DNA of 64,000 nucleotides from a virus. The DNA is taken from positions 37,111 to 101,110 of IMG/VR virus record IMGVR_UViG_3300046474_000370. One strand, given 5' to 3'. Both the position numbers and the translations under genes were made by a program. The stretch's first letter is position 1; each line of letters begins with the position of its first letter. The notes beneath the pieces are model-generated. The model saw nothing but the letters and a program-made list of their open reading frames with translations. It was not told the DNA's origin and did no database searches. Below are positions 1 through 8,983 of this stretch, in pieces.

Positions 1-2
1 CC

Positions 3-617
3 CGGCGCAAGTCGTTGGAGGCGGGGTTGCTCGGCGTGCGGCGCGTGTTGCTTGGCGTGCAGGAGGAAGCGCGCGGGATCGCCAACCGCAGCGCCCTGAT
101 CGCCAGCCAATCCAGGCAGGATGTGGCCAGCCTCGAACAGGAAGCGGCTGAACACGACGGCCGCACGCTGGTGCGTGCGCCAGTTGCCGGCACGGTCACG
201 GCGCTGACGCTGGAGCCGGGCCAGGCGGTAGCGGCCGGCGCGGCGCTGGCGACCATCCTGCCGGCCGGCAGTCCGCTGGAAGCGCGCCTGATGGTGCCAT
301 CGCGCGCACGCGGCTTCGTCGAGGCGGGGCAGCAGGTGCTGCTGCGGGTCGATGCGTATCCGTACCAGCAGTTCGGCCAGGTGGCGGGCGTGGTGGTGCG
401 GGTCGATCGCGGCCCGAGCGGCGAGGGCGACGCTGCCAGCGGGCCCTTGTACCGGGTCACCGTACGCCTGAGCCGGCAGTCGGTACGCGCCTATGGGCAG
501 GAGAAGTATTTCGCAGCCGGGATGACGCTCGAGGCCGACATCCTGCAAGAACGTCGGCGCCTGATCGAGTGGCTGATCGAGCCGCTGGTCAGCGCCGCGA
601 AGGGCCGCGCCAGATAG
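3..617 (+). CDS. cvaA: HlyD/CvaA-family membrane fusion protein (5'-truncated by window edge)
   Basis: VRAPVAGTV lipoyl-like motif, GFVEAGQQVLLRVDAYPYQQFG and GMTLEADI...RRLIEWLIEPL C-terminus typical of CvaA; frame is open to the window start. Confidence 0.9.
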   Translation, partial: RRKSLEAGLLGVRRVLLGVQEEARGIANRSALIASQSRQDVASLEQEAAEHDGRTLVRAPVAGTVTALTLEPGQAVAAGAALATILPAGSPLEARLMVPSRARGFVEAGQQVLLRVDAYPYQQFGQVAGVVVRVDRGPSGEGDAASGPLYRVTVRLSRQSVRAYGQEKYFAAGMTLEADILQERRRLIEWLIEPLVSAAKGRAR

Positions 618-666
618 GCGCGGGGAGTTTGGAGTCTAACTTGTAAGTTTGTGAAAGGTAAGCATC

Positions 667-1089
667 ATGCATGTACTAGACAGAAGCATGGCCGCCGCGG
701 TGGCGGGCGGGGCGCCCTCGATTTCGGAGACGCTTGGCATGGCCGGAGCAATCGGTGGTGGGGTCGGCGCCGGGTTCGTGGTGGCGGCAAATGGCGGGAC
801 AGTGGCCGGGGTGGCCGCGGCGCTCGGTTCAACGGCTGCGATTACCGTCGTCAGCGCCAGTGTCGCCGGCGTGGCTGCCACCGGGATTGCCGCCTATGCC
901 CTCGGCGGGATCGCCTATGACGCTTTGCCGGCATCGGGGCAGAACTACATCGGCGGGAAGATCGTCGCCCCGTTTGTGGAGAAGGCGGGGGCGATCGGCA
1001 GCAGCATCTGGTCCGGGTTGAGCTCCCTGTTCGGCTTCGACGCCGACGGGCGGGACAAGGAACCGCCGACGCCCCACCGGACACGGTAA
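667..1089 (+). CDS. Class II microcin/bacteriocin precursor with 15-aa double-glycine leader
   Basis: Leader MHVLDRSMAAAVAGG has the length and pattern of the colicin V leader; Gly/Ala-rich hydrophobic mature region; lies between the export genes. Confidence 0.85.
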   Translation: MHVLDRSMAAAVAGGAPSISETLGMAGAIGGGVGAGFVVAANGGTVAGVAAALGSTAAITVVSASVAGVAATGIAAYALGGIAYDALPASGQNYIGGKIVAPFVEKAGAIGSSIWSGLSSLFGFDADGRDKEPPTPHRTR

Positions 1090-1100
1090 GGGGGGCGGTC

Positions 1101-1343
1101 ATGGCGAAATCGGTACGCCCGCGCAAGGGCAAGGCGTCGCGCAAGGGCGCGCTGCGGTTGATGCTGGAAGGCCTCGTGGGGGTCGCGATCGGCTTCCTGC
1201 TCGTGTTCGGACTGTTCACACTGGCGGGCTTTCAACCAAGGACCGGCTTCTGGTATTTCATGGGAGGCTTCGTGGGCCCGGCGTACCTGTACTACCTGTG
1301 GACCCACCGTTCGCCCGACAACAGTCGCTTCGACCTGGAGTAG
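1101..1343 (+). CDS. Putative microcin immunity protein (80 aa, two TM helices)
   Basis: Basic N-terminus plus two hydrophobic segments; 11 bp downstream of the precursor. Confidence 0.7.
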   Translation: MAKSVRPRKGKASRKGALRLMLEGLVGVAIGFLLVFGLFTLAGFQPRTGFWYFMGGFVGPAYLYYLWTHRSPDNSRFDLE

Positions 1344-1348
1344 GCAGC

Positions 1349-1371
1349 AGCCCCCGCAAGGGGGCTTTTTT
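1349..1371 (+). terminator. Intrinsic terminator after the immunity gene
   Basis: AGCCCCC-GCAA-GGGGGCT followed by a T run. Confidence 0.8.
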
Positions 1372-1390
1372 CCATTGAAAAGGTGTTCGC

Positions 1391-3508
1391 ATGCTCGACG
1401 CTCAACTAAACTTCGGCCGGCGCAAAATGCCGGCCATCCACCAATCCGAAGTGGCCGAGTGCGGCCTGGCGTGCCTCGCGATGGTGGCCAGCCACCACGG
1501 CTGGCGGACCGACCTGGCCACGCTGCGCGGCCGCTTCGGCCTGTCGCTCAAGGGGGCGACGCTGGAGCAGCTGATGACGTTCGCGGAGCGGCTGAATCTG
1601 ACCACGCGCTTGCTGCGACTGGAGCTGGAGGAACTGCGGCAGCTGAAACTGCCGTGCATCCTGCACTGGCGGATGAACCATTTCGTGGTGCTGGCCAAGG
1701 CCGACGCCAAGGGCGTCGTGATCCATGACCCGGCGGTGGGCGTGCGCCGCCTCGGCTATGAGGAGATCAGCGAGGCCTTCACCGGGATCGCGCTCGAACT
1801 GGTGCCGGGCGTCGACTTCGTGGCGGCCGATGAACGGCGCCGGGTGTCGCTGGCGGCCTTGCTGGGCGGGGTGCGCGGCCTGTGGCAGGGGCTGGGCCTG
1901 GTGTTCGCGATGGCACTGGCGCTGGAGGCATTCGCCCTGGCCGGGCCCATGTTCCAGCAGTGGGTCACCGACGAGGCGCTGGTGAGCGGGGACCACGACA
2001 TGCTCAACGTGCTGGCCTGTGCGGCCTTGCTGGTGCTGGTGACGCAGAGCGCGATCGCGCAGGCGCGCGGCTGGACCCTGATGTACTTGTCCACCAACAT
2101 GGGGTTGCAGTGGAACGCGGCGATCTTCTCTCACCTGCTGCGCCTGCCGGTGGCCTGGTTCGAGAAGCGCCACCTGGGCGATGTGGTGTCGCGTTTCGGG
2201 GCGGCCGGCGCGATCCAGAAAAAGCTCACGACCGGATTCATCGCCGCCATCCTCGATGGGCTGATGGCGTCGGTCACGCTGGTGATGATGTTCCTGTACA
2301 GCCCGGCCCTGTCGGCGATCGTGCTGGTGTCGGTGCTGCTGTACGGGGTGCTGCGGGTGGCCGCCTACCGGCCGTTGCGCGAGGCGAGCCTGGAGGGGAT
2401 GATGCTGGGCGCGCAGGAACAGAGCTGTTTTCTGGAGACGGTCCGGGCGATTCAAGCGATCAAGTTGGCCGGGCGCGAACTCGAGCGGCGTTCGCGCTGG
2501 CTCAACCTGGCGGTCGAATCGGTGAACCGGGGTATCCGCACGCAACAGCTCGGCCTGGTGTTCGGGAACTTGCATGTGGCGCTCGGGGGCATCGTCAGCG
2601 CGCTGATTTTCCGCTTCGGTGCCGGCATGATCCTGGACGGCGGCGGGGCGTTCACCATCGGGATGTTGTTGGCGTTCATTGCCTACAGCGGGCAGTTCGG
2701 CGCGCGCATGGCGGCGCTGATCGACAACGCGATCGACTGGAAAATGCTGTCCTTGCACTGCGAGCGGCTGGCTGACATCGTGCTCGAGGAGCCTGAGCCG
2801 GAAGGCGCGGACTACCCGCAGCTGGAGGCGCTGCCGGCGCGCATCGAGCTGGTCGACGTCAGCTTTCGCTATAGCGACACCGAGCCGTGGGTGCTGCGCC
2901 ATGTGAACCTGGTGATCGAGGCCGGCGAATCGGTCGCCCTGATCGGCCCGTCGGGCGGCGGCAAGAGCACGCTGGTCAAATTGATCCTCGGGACCTTGCA
3001 GCCGACCGAGGGCGAAGTGCGCTATGGCGGGGTGCCGATCGGGCGCATCGGGCTGCGCGCCTATCGGCGGGTGCTGGCGGCGGTGATGCAGGATGACCAG
3101 CTGCTGGCCGGGGCGCTGCGCGACAATATCGCGTTCTTCGACCCGCAGCCGGACAGTGCGCGCATCGAGCAATGCGCGCGCCGCGCCGCGATCCATGACG
3201 ACATCGTGAAGATGCCGATGGGGTACAGCAGCTTGACCGGCGACATGGGATCGAGCCTGTCCGGCGGCCAGAAGCAGCGCGTGATGCTGGCCCGTGCGCT
3301 CTACAAGCAGCCGCGCCTGCTGGTGCTGGACGAGGCCACCAGCCACCTGGATGTGACACTGGAGAAGGACGTCAACCGCGCGATCGCGGCGCTGCAGATC
3401 ACCCGCGTGATCGTTGCGCACCGGGCGGAAACGATCGCCAGCGCCGGCCGGGTGGTGGCGCTGATCGGTGGCACGGTGCGGCCGGCATGGGAACCGGCGG
3501 CAGCCTGA
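1391..3508 (+). CDS. cvaB: Peptidase C39-containing ABC transporter (CvaB-like)
   Basis: QSEVAECGLACLAM and LHWRMNHFVVL (C39), TM domain, Walker A GPSGGGKST, LSGGQKQR, LVLDEATSHLD. Confidence 0.95.
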   Translation: MLDAQLNFGRRKMPAIHQSEVAECGLACLAMVASHHGWRTDLATLRGRFGLSLKGATLEQLMTFAERLNLTTRLLRLELEELRQLKLPCILHWRMNHFVVLAKADAKGVVIHDPAVGVRRLGYEEISEAFTGIALELVPGVDFVAADERRRVSLAALLGGVRGLWQGLGLVFAMALALEAFALAGPMFQQWVTDEALVSGDHDMLNVLACAALLVLVTQSAIAQARGWTLMYLSTNMGLQWNAAIFSHLLRLPVAWFEKRHLGDVVSRFGAAGAIQKKLTTGFIAAILDGLMASVTLVMMFLYSPALSAIVLVSVLLYGVLRVAAYRPLREASLEGMMLGAQEQSCFLETVRAIQAIKLAGRELERRSRWLNLAVESVNRGIRTQQLGLVFGNLHVALGGIVSALIFRFGAGMILDGGGAFTIGMLLAFIAYSGQFGARMAALIDNAIDWKMLSLHCERLADIVLEEPEPEGADYPQLEALPARIELVDVSFRYSDTEPWVLRHVNLVIEAGESVALIGPSGGGKSTLVKLILGTLQPTEGEVRYGGVPIGRIGLRAYRRVLAAVMQDDQLLAGALRDNIAFFDPQPDSARIEQCARRAAIHDDIVKMPMGYSSLTGDMGSSLSGGQKQRVMLARALYKQPRLLVLDEATSHLDVTLEKDVNRAIAALQITRVIVAHRAETIASAGRVVALIGGTVRPAWEPAAA

Positions 3509-3545
3509 GAGACGCCCAATGCCTGGCCCGGCGCCAGCGCCCTAA

Positions 3546-3962
3546 CTAACGGCGTGGCAGGCGCCAGCAGGCCACCACGAACACCCCACTGAGCGAGAAC
3601 AGCGCCAGGGCGGTGGCGCCTTCGTTGAGGCGGCACCAGAACCAGTACGAGTTATGGATGCCGATCATCCATTGCAGGCGCTCCCAGCCGGTGCGGCCCA
3701 TGCCGAGCCAGCGCTGCGGCGGCTCAGGGGGGAGCGGCGGCAAGCCGACACGGGCGCGAGCCTCGGCCAGCAGGGCCTCGGCCTGATTGATCAAGGCGAG
3801 CGCCTGGCCGCTACTGAGCAGCCTGCGCAGCAGGGGGCGCGACGGGTCGGTCAGTGTGTCGACCTGGTCGCGCAGCGCGGCGGCACGATCGAGCAGGTCG
3901 TGGATCGCGTCGCATTCTGCGCAGCGGCACTGCATGCTGTGCTCACCCGGCCCCATCGCCAC
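3546..3962 (-). CDS. Phage hypothetical protein (CxCxxC, C-terminal TM)
   Basis: Last ORF of the tightly packed leftward operon. Confidence 0.6.
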   Translation of the reverse strand: MAMGPGEHSMQCRCAECDAIHDLLDRAAALRDQVDTLTDPSRPLLRRLLSSGQALALINQAEALLAEARARVGLPPLPPEPPQRWLGMGRTGWERLQWMIGIHNSYWFWCRLNEGATALALFSLSGVFVVACWRLPRR

Positions 3963-4275
3963 GCTCCCGGATGATCCCGTGCTGGAAGTACAGCGCGGCC
4001 GCCACCGCGGCCTGGCGAAAGCTCAGGCCCGGCGGGTCTTCCTCGGTGCCGCCGAAACACGCGCAGCGGCGCCGCTGGTGGCCGAGCGAGCCGACCGCCA
4101 GCCGCAGGCGGCATTCGTAGTGCGCCACCTGCCCGTGCTCGATGGTGCCGATGTCGTTCGCCTGCACCGCTTCGCGGCACAGGATGCAGGGCGTGCCGGC
4201 CGGGGTGGCGACCTGGTGTTCGTACTCCTTGCGCAGGGCGGGCGGGCCGAAATACAAGATGCGCGGCTCACTCAT
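3943..4275 (-). CDS. Phage hypothetical protein, Cys/His-rich
   Basis: CILC, HYEC and CAC motifs; overlaps its neighbours. Confidence 0.65.
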   Translation of the reverse strand: MSEPRILYFGPPALRKEYEHQVATPAGTPCILCREAVQANDIGTIEHGQVAHYECRLRLAVGSLGHQRRRCACFGGTEEDPPGLSFRQAAVAAALYFQHGIIRERGDGAG

Positions 4276-4747
4276 CGGCGCGTTCCATCTGCGCCACCAG
4301 CTTGGCCATCTTGGCGTTGTCCCGCTCCTGCTGCATCAGCAGCGTGCGCCAGGCGGCACCGGCCAGCACCAGGTTCTCGCGCGTTTCCACCGATTCGCCG
4401 AACCGCCATTCGAGCGCGGCATTCGCGGCGGCGACAGCGGCGGCGGCCCATTCGGGCAGGTCGTGGGTCGAATAGCTCATGTCCAGTTCGGGCGGCGGTG
4501 CGCCCTTGAGCGCGGCGCACACCCCGGCGACCAGCGCGTTGGATCGGTCGAGCCAATCGTACGCCTGGTCCAGCTCGGGCTGCATGCGGCCGCGCTCGAA
4601 CGCCGCCCCGGCGAAGAACGCGTTCATCACATCGGCGGTAATGCAGGGGCGGTCGTCATCGGCGTAGACGGCCGCGTGGTCCGCGGCAGCGTCGATCAGG
4701 GCCGCTTCGGCCGGGGGCAGCTCAGAGCTGGCGGTGGTGTCGGTCAT
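4268..4747 (-). CDS. Phage hypothetical protein
   Basis: Coupled ORF with normal amino-acid composition. Confidence 0.65.
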   Translation of the reverse strand: MTDTTASSELPPAEAALIDAAADHAAVYADDDRPCITADVMNAFFAGAAFERGRMQPELDQAYDWLDRSNALVAGVCAALKGAPPPELDMSYSTHDLPEWAAAAVAAANAALEWRFGESVETRENLVLAGAAWRTLLMQQERDNAKMAKLVAQMERADE

Positions 4748-5019
4748 TGCAGTGTGCCTTTGTCCTGGTCGTCGACGAATTCGGTCTTGAGGCCGAGGCC
4801 GTGGGTGAACCGTTCCAGCACGGCGCTGACCGCCTCCTGCCTGGTCTGGCCGCTGTCCACGAGCAAATCGGCCAGGTGCCGGCAGTAGTAGCCGAACAGG
4901 CTGACCACCAGCTCGGGCTGCAGCTTTTTCTCGTGGCTCAGCTTGACGATACTGTCCAAAAACTCCTTGGATAGGACGGCCGTTTCGCGCGCCGAGCGTT
5001 TGTGGCTGGCCTCAGTCAT
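4744..5019 (-). CDS. Phage hypothetical protein
   Basis: 4-bp start/stop overlaps on both sides. Confidence 0.65.
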   Translation of the reverse strand: MTEASHKRSARETAVLSKEFLDSIVKLSHEKKLQPELVVSLFGYYCRHLADLLVDSGQTRQEAVSAVLERFTHGLGLKTEFVDDQDKGTLQ

Positions 5020-5270
5020 TCGGCATTCCTTGGTGAGTCGGCGGTTACGCCGAAGTCGCTGTAGTCGAGTACAGGCTTGTCCAGCGCCGCCGTCATCCGC
5101 TCCAGCGTCCGGCGCAGTCCGTCCAGGTCGGTCGCCCCCGGCCCGACCGGGTTGACCGTGACCGACACCGGCACGTCGTCGTCGTAATGGACCTCGTGGA
5201 CGGCGAGGTATTCCTCGCCGTCGGGTTCGATGTGGCGGATCACCCGGTGGTTCCAGTGGTGGCGCGTCAT
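5016..5270 (-). CDS. Phage hypothetical protein
   Basis: WNHRVI...YLAVHEVHYD; SD upstream. Confidence 0.7.
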   Translation of the reverse strand: MTRHHWNHRVIRHIEPDGEEYLAVHEVHYDDDVPVSVTVNPVGPGATDLDGLRRTLERMTAALDKPVLDYSDFGVTADSPRNAE

Positions 5271-5297
5271 GTGTCTTTCTCCGTTAACTTGGTTGGC

Positions 5298-5753
5298 TTA
5301 CAGCCACGATTCGATGATGACCGGATCGTCGCCGGCCTGACGCGCCCGCACGGTGAGCCCGGCGGGCAACTGCACGCGCAGGCTGCCCAGCGCGGCGTCG
5401 AGCAGGACCATGTGGGTGCGTCCGCGCTCGGTGTACAGCCGGGCGACGTAGTGCTGCGGGTAGTCGGCCGGGCGCTCGTACACGGTCCAGATGCACAGGC
5501 GCCCCTGCCGCTGCTGGTCGTCGTGGCGCGCCTGCGCCAGTTCGGGGCCGAGCACTTCGTCCTTGCCGTGCTGGTGCAGGCAATGGGGCGCATGGCAGCA
5601 GCCCAGGTGGTCGACCCAGGCCGGTCCGCAGCCTTCGCACAGGACCTGCATGCCGAAGCCCTGCATGGCTTCAGCGGCGGTGAGCAGGCCGCTGAGGTCG
5701 CCGAAGTCCTCGCCGAACAGGGCCAGGCTGCATTGCTGGCAGAAGTTAGCCAT
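5298..5753 (-). CDS. Phage hypothetical protein, N-terminal Zn-finger fused to a second small domain
   Basis: FCQQCS...CEGCG...GCC then WTVYERPADYP...DDPVIIESWL; start reassigned to ATG 5753. Confidence 0.65.
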   Translation of the reverse strand: MANFCQQCSLALFGEDFGDLSGLLTAAEAMQGFGMQVLCEGCGPAWVDHLGCCHAPHCLHQHGKDEVLGPELAQARHDDQQRQGRLCIWTVYERPADYPQHYVARLYTERGRTHMVLLDAALGSLRVQLPAGLTVRARQAGDDPVIIESWL

Positions 5754-6069
5754 GTAGTTGCTCCTGCTGGGCCAGCTCCTGGTTGGCCAGCGCCTGCTGC
5801 AGGCGCACCAGTTCACGGTAGGCCGGCAGGCGGTCGACCGGCAGGTCGGGGCGCTGCATCAGCAAGGCGTTGCGCTGCACCAGGTGGGCGTGGTTGGCGC
5901 GCCAGTGCCGGACCTGGCGCGCGTAGGCGTCGATCTGCGTCAGCAGGAACGCGGTGTCGCAACAGCCATCGGGGGCGGCGGGGCTGCCCTGGTGCGGGGG
6001 CGCGGCGGCGTGGGCGCGCCGGATGTGCGCGATGCGGTCGGTATCCGTGCTGTCGTGCGGGGTGCCCAT
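5746..6069 (-). CDS. Phage hypothetical protein
   Basis: Coupled ORF with a coiled-coil-like C-terminal half. Confidence 0.6.
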   Translation of the reverse strand: MGTPHDSTDTDRIAHIRRAHAAAPPHQGSPAAPDGCCDTAFLLTQIDAYARQVRHWRANHAHLVQRNALLMQRPDLPVDRLPAYRELVRLQQALANQELAQQEQLHG

Positions 6070-6083
6070 CGGGTTTTTCTTTC

Positions 6084-6452
6084 TCAGTGGCTGGGGGTGT
6101 TGCGCGGCTTGACAATGATGCCGGTCTGGTGCGGATGCTCGACCTGGACCAGCTTGACCGGGCGCCGCAGCGCGGCGGCGATGATGCCAAGCGCCGCCTC
6201 GCGCGAGGCCGCGGCGCGCCCCTCGGCGGCGGAGGCGCTGGCGACTGCGTTGGCGGCCAGCCCGAGCGCGACGAACAGCCCCGCCACCAGCGCGAACTGG
6301 TCGGCGCCGGGCTGGCCGGCCAGTTGGTCGGCTTCGGCCAGCGCCGCCATCAGGGGCCGGGTCAGGTCGTTGATCAGCGCCTGGCAGCGCGGGGTGGCCA
6401 GGCTCTCCAGCAGGAAGTCATCCGAGATCGGGGGCGGGGTAGCGGTGCTCAT
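6084..6452 (-). CDS. Phage hypothetical protein
   Basis: Start reassigned to MSTATPP; fits operon packing. Confidence 0.55.
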   Translation of the reverse strand: MSTATPPPISDDFLLESLATPRCQALINDLTRPLMAALAEADQLAGQPGADQFALVAGLFVALGLAANAVASASAAEGRAAASREAALGIIAAALRRPVKLVQVEHPHQTGIIVKPRNTPSH

Positions 6453-6457
6453 GGCGC

Positions 6458-6838
6458 TCAGTGGGTGGGCTGGGACGCCGGGACGCGCACGGCGGCGTCG
6501 GCGCGCTCGACGCCGTTTTCGTCGAGCCAGGCTTGCATCTCGGCCGCGTTCTTGAATTTCTTGGCCAGCACCGGCATGGCGAACGCCGCCTCGGCCAGCT
6601 CGCGCACCTGGGCCATCGACGCGTCCAGCGATCCGCCGGTCTTGTGGGCATGCATGCTCGCCAGGCCCTTCATCATCAAGCTGGCCGCGAAACACAGATC
6701 CTGCCAGTTTGCCTCCGAGTCGGGATGATACAGCAGGTCCACCGCGAATTCGGTGAACATGCCGGCCAGGGCCGCGAGCAAGGCGTGGTGGCGGTCATCC
6801 ATCGCGGGGACAGGGGTTGCATTCATTGCAGTGGTCAT
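6458..6838 (-). CDS. Phage hypothetical protein
   Basis: Start reassigned to 6838, overlapping the upstream stop. Confidence 0.6.
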   Translation of the reverse strand: MTTAMNATPVPAMDDRHHALLAALAGMFTEFAVDLLYHPDSEANWQDLCFAASLMMKGLASMHAHKTGGSLDASMAQVRELAEAAFAMPVLAKKFKNAAEMQAWLDENGVERADAAVRVPASQPTH

Positions 6839-7317
6839 GGTGTTGGTTGCGGTGGGTTGAGTTCTTCGAGGCTGCCGTCCGGCGTCAGCACGAGCGCCGG
6901 GCCGCTCAGGTTGAAGGCCGGCGACATCTTGCCGTCCAGTTCGCCCGCGAGGTCGCCGAAGAAGCAGACCTTGGTCGATGGCGCCACCCCGCGCAGGCAC
7001 TTGAGCACCTTGTCGCGCAGCGGTATCGAGCCCAGCCGCAGTTCCTGGAAAACCAGGGTCCGGTTCTGCCCAAGCGGCATGGTCGCCAACGCCTCCAGCG
7101 CGCCCAGCCCGACCGTGGTAAAGCGCGGTTCCTTGCCAACCATCAGGCCGCCGGCCCAGCAGCAATAGACGACCTTGTGCGCGTCGACCGTGACCTCGAA
7201 CACGTTGAAATTGAGGTAATCGTAGTCGGCGTAGGCGGGGCGTTCGGCGCGTATCCGCGCCTCCGTTTCCGGCGTGGCCAGCGGGCCCACGATCAGGCGG
7301 GTGACGATGTCGGTCAT
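6835..7317 (-). CDS. Phage hypothetical protein
   Basis: Globular-looking ORF starting MTDIVTR. Confidence 0.65.
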   Translation of the reverse strand: MTDIVTRLIVGPLATPETEARIRAERPAYADYDYLNFNVFEVTVDAHKVVYCCWAGGLMVGKEPRFTTVGLGALEALATMPLGQNRTLVFQELRLGSIPLRDKVLKCLRGVAPSTKVCFFGDLAGELDGKMSPAFNLSGPALVLTPDGSLEELNPPQPTP

Positions 7318-7411
7318 GGCGGGGGTGGCGCGGTGGTCTCGATAGGGAAGGAACTTATTGTAACTCGGTAACAATGGAAAAGCTACGGCAAGGCGGCGGC
7401 GGGCGGGCAAT

Positions 7412-7443
7412 AAAAAACCCCAGCCGGCTTGCACGGGCTGGGG
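7412..7443 (-). terminator. Intrinsic terminator in the leftward operon
   Basis: CCCCAGCC...GGCTGGGG stem plus T6 on the minus strand. Confidence 0.75.
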
Positions 7444-7472
7444 CGCAGCATGGCGGGCCGCGGTTTTCCGGG

Positions 7473-7736
7473 TCAGGCGGGGGCGTCCTCGGCCTGCATG
7501 TCGACGTCGAAGTACAGCCACTCGTCCAGCTGGGCCAGCGTCAGGTCGGTGCCGTGCAAGATCGCGACCAGCACGTTGCCGGTGACCGGCAGGACCCCGT
7601 GGCGGATCTTGCTGATCTGCGGCGGCGACAGGTCGAGCATGCGGCACAGCGCGGCGTCGTTCTTGAGCATGTAGCGCTTGATCAGCTGGTCCAGCAGGTG
7701 GCCGGCGTTCTGCGGCTTGCGGGCGCGTTTGGGCAT
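7473..7736 (-). CDS. Small HTH protein of a family common in Oxalobacteraceae
   Basis: LLDQLI...LKNDAALCRMLDLSPPQISKIRHG motif. Confidence 0.75.
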   Translation of the reverse strand: MPKRARKPQNAGHLLDQLIKRYMLKNDAALCRMLDLSPPQISKIRHGVLPVTGNVLVAILHGTDLTLAQLDEWLYFDVDMQAEDAPA

Positions 7737-7777
7737 GGTGTGGTTCCTTTCTAGGGTGATAAGCAAGGTGTTTCTTG

Positions 7778-8170
7778 TCAGTCGAACTCGACCCCCAGCT
7801 CGCAGGCGGCCCAGGCCTCGACCTGCTGCATGAAGGTGGCGAACTCCTCGACGTTCAGGTCGGCCGAGGACATGCCCACCGTGGCGCCGCCGGGGAGTTC
7901 CAGGATGCCGATGAACTGGCGTTTGAAATGCTCGTGCCAGGCCAGCTGGCCGTACTGGCGCCCGCCGACCCAGCCCTGCGCCGCAATCCGCTCGAGCACC
8001 ACGCCGAAGTAGCGGCGGTTCTGCGCCAGGCTGCGCTTGCTCTTGTACAGGCTGACCGTGACCGCGAGGAAACGGCCCTCGGCCGCGAACGCGCGCCAGT
8101 TCTGCGTCAGGAACCCGGCCAGCGCCGTCAGGTGCCGGTCCTCGCGCAGCACGAACAGGCGCTGCATCAA
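7778..8170 (-). CDS. ninB: NinB/Orf-family recombination protein
   Basis: KRSLAQNRRYFG...WHEHFK...SSADLNVEEFATFMQQVEAWAA. Confidence 0.85.
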   Translation of the reverse strand: MMQRLFVLREDRHLTALAGFLTQNWRAFAAEGRFLAVTVSLYKSKRSLAQNRRYFGVVLERIAAQGWVGGRQYGQLAWHEHFKRQFIGILELPGGATVGMSSADLNVEEFATFMQQVEAWAACELGVEFD

Positions 8171-8475
8171 TCGACCTTGAGGCGCGTCTGGTCACGCTGC
8201 TCCTGCATGCTGGCCACGGCGGTGGTCAGCAGCCGCCCGAGCGCCGCCTCGGGGTCGTGGTAGTAGCTGGCGAGCGCGCCGAGGGCGCCGGCCAGCTGGT
8301 GCGCGAAATCTTCCATCATGGCCGCGAAGGCGGCGTTCTGCATGGCCGGCGATGCCGGTTTCGCGCTGGCCGCCTCCATGCGCGCGATCTGCTCGCGCAG
8401 AAAACGGCTGACGTGGGTTTCGACGTCGTCGAGCGTGGTGGTGGCCGGGGCGGCGGGGGCGGTGGGCGCGCTCAT
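8167..8475 (-). CDS. Phage hypothetical protein
   Basis: Coupled helical ORF. Confidence 0.6.
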   Translation of the reverse strand: MSAPTAPAAPATTTLDDVETHVSRFLREQIARMEAASAKPASPAMQNAAFAAMMEDFAHQLAGALGALASYYHDPEAALGRLLTTAVASMQEQRDQTRLKVD

Positions 8476-8499
8476 GGGCGGTTCCTTGGTAGGTATATC

Positions 8500-8943
8500 C
8501 TAGAACGGGATGTCCTCATCCTCGAACGCCACGGCGCGCGCCGCCGGCGCCGGTTGCGGGCGTGCCGGGGCCGGGCGCTGTGGTGCCGGTGCCGGGGTGG
8601 TGCCGGCCTCGCGCCCGCTGAGCATCTGCATGTTCTCGGCGACGATGTCGGTGGCGTAGCGCTCGATGCCGTCCTTGTCGGTGTACTTGCGGGTCTGCAG
8701 GCGCCCCTCGACGTAGACCGACGAGCCCTTCTTGAGGTATTCACCGACGATCTCGGCCAGGCGCCCGAAGAAGCTGATGCGGTGCCATTCGGTCAACTCC
8801 TTGGTTTCGCCGCTGTTCTTGTCCTTCGACTTGAACGAGGTGGCCACCGCGATGTTGGCGATCGCGTCGCCGCTCGGCAGGTAGCGCAGTTCCGGGTCGC
8901 GGCCCAGGTTGCCGACGATGATGACCTTGTTGACTGATGCCAT
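8500..8943 (-). CDS. ssb: Single-stranded DNA-binding protein
   Basis: [18 protein letters not shown]...TEWHRI...acidic tail EDEDIPF. Confidence 0.97.
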   Translation of the reverse strand: MASVNKVIIVGNLGRDPELRYLPSGDAIANIAVATSFKSKDKNSGETKELTEWHRISFFGRLAEIVGEYLKKGSSVYVEGRLQTRKYTDKDGIERYATDIVAENMQMLSGREAGTTPAPAPQRPAPARPQPAPAARAVAFEDEDIPF

Positions 8944-8983
8944 GTGCTTCTCCTTGGTGGTGCGCGCCGGGCGGCGCGCGGGT

